A stretch of 64,000 nt of DNA from Chrysomallon squamiferum (lineage: Eukaryota; Animalia; Mollusca). Positions 54,776 through 64,000 of the stretch are shown piece by piece. The number at the start of each line of letters is the position of its first letter. The first letter of the stretch is position 1. The position numbers and the translations under genes were made by a program. The notes beneath the pieces are model-generated. The model was not told where the DNA came from, ran no database searches, and worked only from the letters and a program-made list of their open reading frames with translations. The stretch covers positions 36,766,001 through 36,830,000 of the forward strand of contig CM022665.1 in the NCBI GenBank assembly GCA_012295275.1. The letters run 5' to 3'.

Positions 54776-55617
54776 TTATTATCATGTGTAGTTTGTGCGG
54801 GTGAGAGAGAGAGAAGAGAGAGAGAAAAAAACAAAGTGAGGAAGGATGGCGGCGAATGGTCTGAAAATAATCTCTAAAACGTAATCATTTCAAATGACTC
54901 TGACAGGAGAAATGAATGTGTTATAATAAAAAAAATAAACGTAGGTGAATAACTGCTATTTAATCAACGAAGACTTTTAGTGTAAGTTCATTCCCTTTAA
55001 TGTTCTGCGGAAACGATACAAAAACGTGTTATAACATCAAATTGCACTTCACAGCGATATAACTTTTTCATGGAAAGTTTTCAGTCATAAAAGAATGTCT
55101 ACATGAACCGCTGAACAAAGATAACTCGTTTTAAAGATATTTGTCATGATGTTTGCCTTTACAGAGACGCTTCATTTGTTTACATTAAAAAAGGTAACGT
55201 TGAATGGGGTTACAAACACCTAATGGACGTCTAACAGCGGCAGCGACACCAGACACCACGTCAACAAGTCTTTGAAGACATGGGTGTCGTGGTATTTGGA
55301 AAAAAAGAAGAAGAAAGATATATTGTTCCAACTGTCAGTTATTGGTCAAACAAAGTCACAGCGGCTACACTTAGACATCACAATCACAAACCCCTTGTTT
55401 TTATTGAGACTAGTTAACACGCGCGCGCGTACTTGAAAAGAATTCGAGGATTTTTAGTCTTTTTCTTCTTCTTCTTCTTTTCTTTTTAATGACAATATAT
55501 CTCCTCGTGAAAGAAAAGACATCGTTAAAAAAATATGAAGTCAACATCAAAGTCGAGCGCTCAAGTAATGATCAGTTGGGTTTTTTTTTGGTGTACGGTG
55601 TCATTTCAGCATAAAAA

Positions 55618-55635
55618 TGACGTGGTCACCACGTC
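55618..55635. promoter_or_regulatory. Inverted pair of ACGTGG bZIP (UPRE/CREB3/XBP1-type) sites
   Basis: GACGTGGT-C-ACCACGTC is a perfect 8-bp inverted repeat, with TGACGTGG at 55618-55625. Confidence 0.35.
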
Positions 55636-56769
55636 GTTGAAGGCGAATTTTGGCGGCTATACTCTGTATCGATTGAATATTCTTTCATATTGCTACATCA
55701 TTTGCAAGCAATTTAAAGCAATCTGTTTTATAAACAGAAAATGCCCGTTCGTAAATGATAGGAAATTGGATCAATTCGAGCAAGAAACATCCGTATGTTT
55801 TTCTACAATTTGCAAAGTTCTGATGTATTATTTTCTGATTAATACGAAAACAAAGGATCTAATTTGTTTGATTCGTGAAAAGACAATGATTGGAGTTAAC
55901 ATCTGATCAAAAGACGCGATTACAAACAGATCATATTTTCTGTGATTTCTGAGAAAGAAAAACAAAGATTTTCACGAGATCAGACAAACAGAAGACAGTC
56001 GTTATCGTCTTAGATTCTGTATTTATTTTCATCCACCACTGAAAAATGGCCGACGCTGTTCACTTTCTGGCAGTGAGACTTAAACTGTCTCTGTAATGGT
56101 CAAGAAATAGCCATAGGTCAGATGGTCAAGTAAAGAAATGATCATCCCTGTCTAGGACTGTCATCAGTGATAAATATTTCAAGCGAAAGACAAAGAAGAT
56201 AAGAGAGAGAAAGACAAATTAATTATTTTTAAATGGACGTTGTCGTATGGTGGGAATAGACAACTCTAAGAAATTTTATTTGTGATATTGAAGCCCAAAA
56301 CAAATTAAATCATATAAAGATTTTTTATTTTCAGAGTGAGTTCGAGGAGAAACTAGGAGTGGGCGTGCTTGCATGAAGACATATGCCTGTGTTTATGTGT
56401 TTATGTCTCTATGGAGAAAAACAGCAAGAATGTAGAACTGAGAAAGTTGAAAGACTGTCGTGTTTAAAACAATTAGTTCTTAATGAATAAATGAGCATAT
56501 AACAGTCTGTCTTTCTTACGTTAGTGTATGTGTATAACTGAAAGAGAATGAAATAGAGAGTCGCAAGAGATACTGAGATTACGAATGTGACATCATAATA
56601 TTTCATTTATTATATCAATATTTCTGTACTGAACAAAATCAGTAGCAATTTCTTTTTTATTTATTTATTTACGTCTGGTTTTTTTTTTGGGGGTTGAGTT
56701 TGTTTTGTTGTTTTTTTATATTTTTTATATATATATATATATTTTTTTTTATGTTGTTGTTATTCAATT

Positions 56770-57550
56770 ATACCTATCTGAGTGATATATCGAAATAATA
56801 ATATTGTCTCTCGACCTAAGATAGACACCTTTCATCGGCTCTCCCTGGACGATTGAATGACAAAATAGACGCGGATACCACTGCTGATACAGACGAAGAA
56901 AGGCAACCATCCTGTTAATTAGTCCCCACGGGAGGAAATCAGATCTCAAGTTATCGTCGTATCTGTTTAAAGCCAAGTTACCGACCACCTTTCTTTACCG
57001 ACACCGGACACCTCCGAGAAGCAGTACTGCCAAACTCGACTTCTGAAAATAGTATGCAAATGTAGTCAGGGGGTGAGAGACACTCAACGAAATTGTTTTC
57101 ATATCGACCACGGGAGCAGATAACCGCGCCGCCTGCCGCTAACCGTAACTTCGATCACAGTTTGGGGCGCGGAGAGCGAATTTGATAGGTGGAATAATTT
57201 GATTTTTCTTGTTTCGAGTCAGCTAGAGTTAATGTCTCGAGGAAATTGAGGCCAATTTACTGAATAGAGAATTTTTTTAAATTAGACTGATTTCCTGACT
57301 GCTCGCCTATACCGTCTCGCAATCCCACACGTTGATGAGGTTTTTGCCATTGTAACGTAGCCCAGATTGAGGTATTAAGCGTATCCGTTTGCCCGCTTGG
57401 AAACGTAAAACTTCATTGCTTTGGGCGCCGTGGTAGTTTTCTGTTCGAGTTAAAAGTATCTCAAGGGTTGGGAAGACATTGTTGTTTACTTGGAGATGCT
57501 GAATAAACATATTTGTCTGACAGCCGCGTGAATAAAGTGCTGTATTCATT
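56770..57550. promoter_or_regulatory. CpG-rich regulatory island (enhancer or alternative promoter candidate)
   Basis: One of the most GC- and CpG-rich stretches. CCACGGGAG occurs twice (56926, 57108), TAACCG twice (57121, 57140) and the octamer ATGCAAAT at 57054. There is no credible ORF. Confidence 0.35.
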
Positions 57551-58324
57551 TCTACGTCTATATATATATATATCATTCGTAAAATTAAATATATATATTT
57601 TCGTACGAGTCCTGTATTCGTATTATTGCTTTTTATATTATGTTACATGAATTTGAGTTTATCTTAGTTCATTTTACTTTTATTTATTTTATGTCATTTC
57701 ATTGTTATGGTTATGTTGATATTATAATCATCCTCATCATCATTATCATAATGATCGTGATTACTATTATTATTGTTGTTGTTGTTAAATTTACTAAAAT
57801 ATATTTTTTCAGTAAATATTACTTCAGCTTTATTTTAAATTCAATTTATTTCATGAATGTTTCTTACTTTTTTACTTTGCTATATTTTAATTTTATTTTG
57901 TTTCATACTGAGTTATGTTACTTTTTCATTTTTTTAAATTTTATTTCTCAGTTCATTACAATCACCTAATTTCACTTAACATTACAATTATTATTTCTTT
58001 TTTTTTTCTTTTTTTTTTTTAAATTCATATCATTTTATTAAATATAACCATCAAAAATTCGAATGATCAATATTAACGTTTATAAACAGTTCTTATTTTA
58101 ATGTTGCGAAATTAAGTTGTTTTTGTTGTTGTTGCTATTAACTGTTGTCGCTGTGTGATCGTTATTATTGTTATTGTTGTTGCTATTATTATATTATGTT
58201 GCATTACTTTGAATTGTATTGTTTTATTTTATATTGCATAAATATCATATTATGCTATTACAAAAAATCTTTATTCCTTTTTCATTACAGCCAGGCTATT
58301 ACAACCATTATTTTAGCCTTTTTT

Positions 58325-58361
<37 letters not shown>

Positions 58362-59195
58362 CCAGGAGAAAAAAAGTTTACTTCTAGATTATGATGACGC
58401 ATTAGGGCTGGGGTTGGATTGAAAACTTTCATTAATCACCGTCACGGGTTAGAACCAGTCAAGTCGTTAGCAGAGATATTTCCAGTCTCTGTGACAAAAG
58501 CCATTGTTTCCTGTCGCAAAAGAACATTTCTCGTATCGGGAATATTACTACTCATATGTCATTCGTTTGGGCCATATACGTGTCAACTGTTTCCACTAAA
58601 CGGAGTCGCTCAAATGGCAAGCTATACAGTTACAATGAATTGATGGCTTAACCCACGCTACAAAAATGCCCACACGATTGAACCCTCAATTTACCTTTTC
58701 GTTGAACGTTTTTAAACGTCGGTTATCTGCTCCTAGATTTCATTGCCGCAGAGTAATAATAGTCTTTTATTTAAAGAAATTTAAATGCAAATGGCATATA
58801 TGGAAATCCGTGCAGAGCTGGGGTTAAGTTAAAGTTCTGATTTGATGGTGTTAAGGTATTAAATGTCCAAACACGAAGTGCTACAAATGTATTTTACTTG
58901 TTTATGTTGTAACGATGAGTTGCATGAGCAAGAACGATAACTGGTATTAGCACAATAACAAAACTAAGAACAAAAACAGGAAGAGAATGAAAATAACAAT
59001 AATAACAATAATACAACACGATGATGATGATGACGATGACGATACAAATAATAAATATGATGATATTTTCTTCTATAACTAAATATTTTTCAAACGTTTG
59101 TTTCTTTTTGAGAAGTTTTTCAGATATAAAAACGCAGAATAGAAAAATAATAATTGTAGATTTATGGCTCTTAAGTTGATTTTCTATAAAAATGT

Positions 59196-59199
<4 letters not shown>

Positions 59200-59255
<56 letters not shown>
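59200..59255. repeat. (CT)n microsatellite
   Basis: Perfect run. Confidence 0.99.
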
Positions 59256-59257
<2 letters not shown>

Positions 59258-59498
59258 ATAATGAGGTGAGTAAATGTTTGTTCTATTATGCAAAGCAAAA
59301 CAGGTTACAAAATTTTAAATAATTACTGAAAACTTGTTAGTACAAACTACTGTCGACAAATTAACAGTAATAAAGTAAAAACATTGTACAGATTTGATTT
59401 TTTTAATTAAATCATTCATCTTAAACCAGATAACTAAAACCAAATTCACTGTCGAACACGAAAGCGTTTAACATTCCTGGGAATTAAACAAGTAATAA

Positions 59499-59532
<34 letters not shown>

Positions 59533-60162
59533 TCTCGATTCCTTTTCTCATTTTTGATATTGTTGTGAATATATTGTTTCTGCAGTCTTAAGTAAACCAA
59601 AACGTAAACAGAAATGTTAGTTTATTTTTTCAAACAACAGTCCAGAAACCAAAGATTCAAAAGCCAGGATAGAAATCATCGGAACTGTATGAGCTCGTTT
59701 TGCCAATAGTATAACAATATTCGTCTATAACAATATTCGCATGTGACTTCTTGTTGACTCTGCTTGGGAAATATTGGATTTGAAACGAATGTTTGGAAAC
59801 AAAAGAAAGAGATATTCTAAAGGATACTACTTAGCTATTAAGTTAAAACTGGCAGTGCAAAGCACAAAGCCTGGCATTCAATAGTTCCAGAAGTCGCATT
59901 GTTCTTTGTCGACTATAGAATCATGACTTCTTGACCAGATTGTCTGCCCTTGAGTTTAGGTTTCACGTTCTCGTGATCAGACTGCACGCGCGATGCAGTT
60001 ATCGAATCTTCTAGAGTAGTGATCGACGGCAGCGATTGATTAGAAATGTAATCGATCCACAGAACAATATCTCCAGTCCACACGGCACGTGTAAAAATCA
60101 CAGTTCAATAAAATGCTAAAAAAATTAAAATATGTCAAGTCTTTCTGTGAATGTTATGTAAA

Positions 60163-60600
60163 ATACAATATTTACGTGAATATAAAAATATATCTATAGC
60201 AAATATTTTCTATAATTATAAAATATTCACCTGAATATAAAAATATATCTGTAAAAAATATTTTCTATAATTATACAATACTTACATGAATATAAAAATA
60301 CATATATATATATATATATACAAAATAATTTCTTTAATTATACAATACTTTCTATAAATGTATTCAAATAAAAAATACTTAAGTGAACATAATCTTTAAA
60401 ATATCTATAAAATATTTTCTGAGTATGTTTCGTAGTAAACTATACTTTCTAAGAATGTTTTCTAATATACAGTAATTTCTGTTAATGTCTTATAACACAG
60501 AATAGTTTCTGTTAATGTTTTATAATTTACAAAGCGTCAGTGAATATATTTTCTGTCAGTTACAAATCTTCTCTTAATTTTCCTTAATATACAATTTTTC
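60163..60600. repeat. 55-bp AT-rich minisatellite (3 copies) with a decayed tail
   Basis: Units start at 60163, 60218 and 60273 (55-bp spacing). The third is interrupted by (TA)n, and diverged half-units continue to about 60600. Confidence 0.85.
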
Positions 60601-61241
60601 TGCATGTAAAATTAATTTTTAAAATTTGTGTTGTTTCGCTTTTTGTTTATTTGATGGGTTTTTTATTTTTATTTTTATTTAATTTTTTTATTTTTTTTAT
60701 TTTATTTTATTTTTATTTTATTTTTTTTTTTTTTTTGTTGTTCTTTTGTTGTTGTTGTTGTTTCTGCGCCTTTTCTCGGAAGAAACACTGATTTATTTTA
60801 ATTGCGAATTTTTTGAAATAAAACATTTAATGGTAGTAATTCCTTATCCTAAGATGTAGCAAATTATATTTAAATGCATCAGTAACAAATATATTAATTA
60901 AATAACAAATAAAACAGTTAAAATATATATATATAATTTCTGAACAAAGTAAAGAACGAAACAAATGAAGAAACTGATTAATTATTATAGATACAGTAAA
61001 TAAATAAAAATAAATGAATAAACTTTTAAATTATATTAACAAAAATTTAATCAAATAAATGAAAAAGAAAAAAAGATAAGCAATAAATGAGCATATAGAG
61101 TTACTAAAAAATAAATTACAAAAAAAACAACCAATAATAATAATAATAATAACATCAACAACAACAATAATAATTACATAAATAAACATTAAATGTACAA
61201 AAATGTTAATAAATAAACGCATATAAAAGGAACAAACATAA

Positions 61242-61280
<39 letters not shown>

Positions 61281-63152
61281 CATAAATAAACAAACAAAAA
61301 AATAAACATACACACACGTATAAAATAAAATAAAAACGAAAGCAAAATCTTAATGTATCAGATATTTAAAATTATTTACCAAATGTATATTTATCTTTGT
61401 AATAAATACGCTAAGATAAAGAGAAAGACAGAGTATCTTACATTTCTTTATCTCTTATTAAGAAGCCTGCAGGAAAGAGCGTGTTGGATCGTATTCTCAG
61501 TTAGTCATGATGAGTAATTTAGGTAACCGATCTCGTGTACATGTGTAATGCAAGAAACTGTATATTTTAACCTACAGCAGTTAGGCGTCCATGTTGAAAA
61601 TGATAGGTGTGTAACAATGTAGAAAATACTAATATCAGGGATGCTACATGCGCAGTCATACACACTGGCAAACATGTCTACAAAATACATACATACATAC
61701 ATACATACATACATACATACATACATACATACATACTTACATATGTACATACATACAAACACACGTGTACGTGTATACATATATACATACACAGATACAT
61801 ACATATCAAGTCATAAAAATATACGCGCCGCACCGGTTAAATAAATAGTATCCAGTTGCCAGAATTTGTGAATGTATGTATATATATATATATATGTAAA
61901 ACTGTCTACGTTTGATGTTTGCTTCATATTCCAAGTTATATTGACAATTAGGTACATCTATCATTCATATGTATCGGGCATTTATTTGAATAAGCAGTTC
62001 ATAGTCAGTGTAAGACCATCAGAATAGCCTGCACTGGATTATGGACCATCCACAAGGATGAAACCAATGGAGTTTAGATATTACGAACGAAGTGTGTTCT
62101 GTCGGGCAAATCGTTACAGTCAAGATTTTCTGGTATCTATTACTATCAGCCAAATGCATCATATTTCTGTATTACCAACTTTTTATTAAACATAAAGTCA
62201 CTTACAGTGTGTTTTAAGTTTTAACTATAATTTATTTATAATTGTTCGTGAATTTTGTAATACTTTTTGAATATATATATATACTGTTAATTAGATTTAT
62301 AATTTATTATTTTTGTTGTTTTTAAATAATTATTTCTGCTTCTGTAGATGCTGTAGCTATTGGTTTTATGTTTTGTAGTTTTTTTTGTGTGTTTTTAACC
62401 ACTTATTATTATTATTATTATTATTATTCCTTTGAATGTGGTATAATCTTCAAGAAGCTTCTACATCTCTACATCATCTGACAAACAGCTGACTGCAGCA
62501 GTGTCGACATCACAAACATTGCGGAATAGAGAACAGCGCAGGTGGTGCGCTTTCAAAACAACTTAAGATTTGCAGGAACCAAAAGGTCAGGGTGTTAGCA
62601 AAGTAAATTGTTTAAACAGGCATATTTATTGGTCGTATATATTTCATCATTGCGAGTGCAAAACAGAAGCAGAAATTTGCAAAGATAAGATTGTAAACAG
62701 TAGCCGCCCGCTACCTTCATCCACGTGTTAAATGTTCAAGTGTTCATTGGGTTCGGTTGCGTCTTCTTTACGGAAATAGGGGCAGCGCGAGATTAGGTAT
62801 GATAAGATAGAAAAACACGCTCGCATCTGTGCGTGTCAGAAGCTAAGAGCAGACGTATTGCAAAAGAAATAAACATAAATTGTATTCACTTGATAGATAA
62901 TAAACTAAAATTTAAAGAAAACAGGGCGCGATGCTAAATATTAAAATCGCTTGGCTTCTTCTGAGCAAGATAAAATTCTGAGATTGCGATTTTCAAAAAC
63001 GCTCCTTAAATATCCGACCCATGTGTGAAATGTAATTCTAACGTTATATCGTTTTTATCGTCGTCAGTTAAGTATTAAAATATATCTGTGAGTTAAATGA
63101 AATATCGTCATGCCTCATTAGTTATATTCACCATGCTTTGTTGTTGTTGTTG

Positions 63153-63219
<67 letters not shown>

Positions 63220-63399
63220 AGATGGGAAATATTTCTCAATTGTGACAAAATAAAACGTTTTTGTTTTCATTTTTTTGTTTTTTGTTTTTTGTTTACCTTT
63301 TCTTTCAATGAAAAAAGATGATAGGCCCATATATAATATAATTATCTAATACATATACAGTCAACAGTCAAGAAATCTGCACAATATGAGCTTTCTACG

Positions 63400-63780
63400 T
63401 TAAAGATTAACGTATAATGCGAAGTTTTCTAAATCAAAGATTAAGATGTGATACGAACTTTTCTAAAGTGAATATTAAGATCAGATGTAGAGTTTTCTAA
63501 AGCAGAGTAACATATGATGTGGAGTTTTGTAATGCGAAAATTATGCTACGATACAGAATCATCTAAAGAGAAGAATAAGATATGATAGTTACGGATTTTT
63601 ATAAAGTGACGGATAGCTGTAAATATGATGTTTTTCTTCAACAAACCCTTTATCAAAGTTTAGAACACTGTCAATATGCGAAGGTTTTAAAACAAACTAA
63701 TACAACGTTTTCTAAAAACAACGAATGAATGTGGTGTCTTCTAAAACAATATAATATACTCTACAATGTTGGAGGTTTTT
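63400..63780. repeat. Decayed minisatellite, about 34-35 bp unit (GATTAAGATATGATGCGAAGTTTTCTAAAGC..)
   Basis: 'ttttctaaa' recurs with about 34-35 bp spacing from about 63424. Confidence 0.8.
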
Positions 63781-64000
63781 TTTGGGGGTAAATAAATAAT
63801 ATACTATCATTTACCATCGTTTAATATCAAAATTAGTTGTATATGTTTTTTGTAAACCTAAAAATATAAATAATACAATTGTTTTTGTAAATTAAAAAAT
63901 ATTAACAGAAACGATATTTTATATTTTTCCCTAAAGAATTAAATTTTTTTATTTTACTTTTTGCTTTTTGTTACTATACCAAATTTGTTTTCCTTTTTGT

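Noticed and set aside
55271-55290. TGAAGACATGGGT resembling miR-71
   Set aside because: There is a deletion within the seed, the 3' half diverges and there is no good precursor hairpin.
61990-62110. Possible second SINE remnant
   Set aside because: The similarity is too degraded to support by eye.

Overview
This is very AT-rich eukaryotic (animal) genomic DNA. It is saturated with microsatellites ((TTA)n, (TAG)n, (CT/GA)n, (TG)n, (CATA)n, poly-T/poly-A) and decayed minisatellites, and is interrupted by roughly 30 islands of 300-1000 bp of higher-complexity, CpG-retaining sequence. I found no recognisable protein-coding exon, tRNA, rRNA, CRISPR array or autonomous transposon. The listed ORFs are almost all translations of simple repeats. 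A strong T>A and G>C bias in repeat orientation suggests the window lies inside a very large intron transcribed on the + strand; a gene desert with replication skew is the alternative. The islands look like cis-regulatory or conserved non-coding elements, with TALE/Meis, YY1/Pho, CRE, UPRE-type and CTCF-like motifs and several perfect palindromes. One decayed tRNA-derived SINE resembles, from memory only, a gastropod SINE family, hinting at a mollusc. I cannot support a new biological system with confidence. The best leads are candidate recursive or ultra-short-exon splice signals on the + strand and the motif-rich island archipelago. All counts were made by eye.
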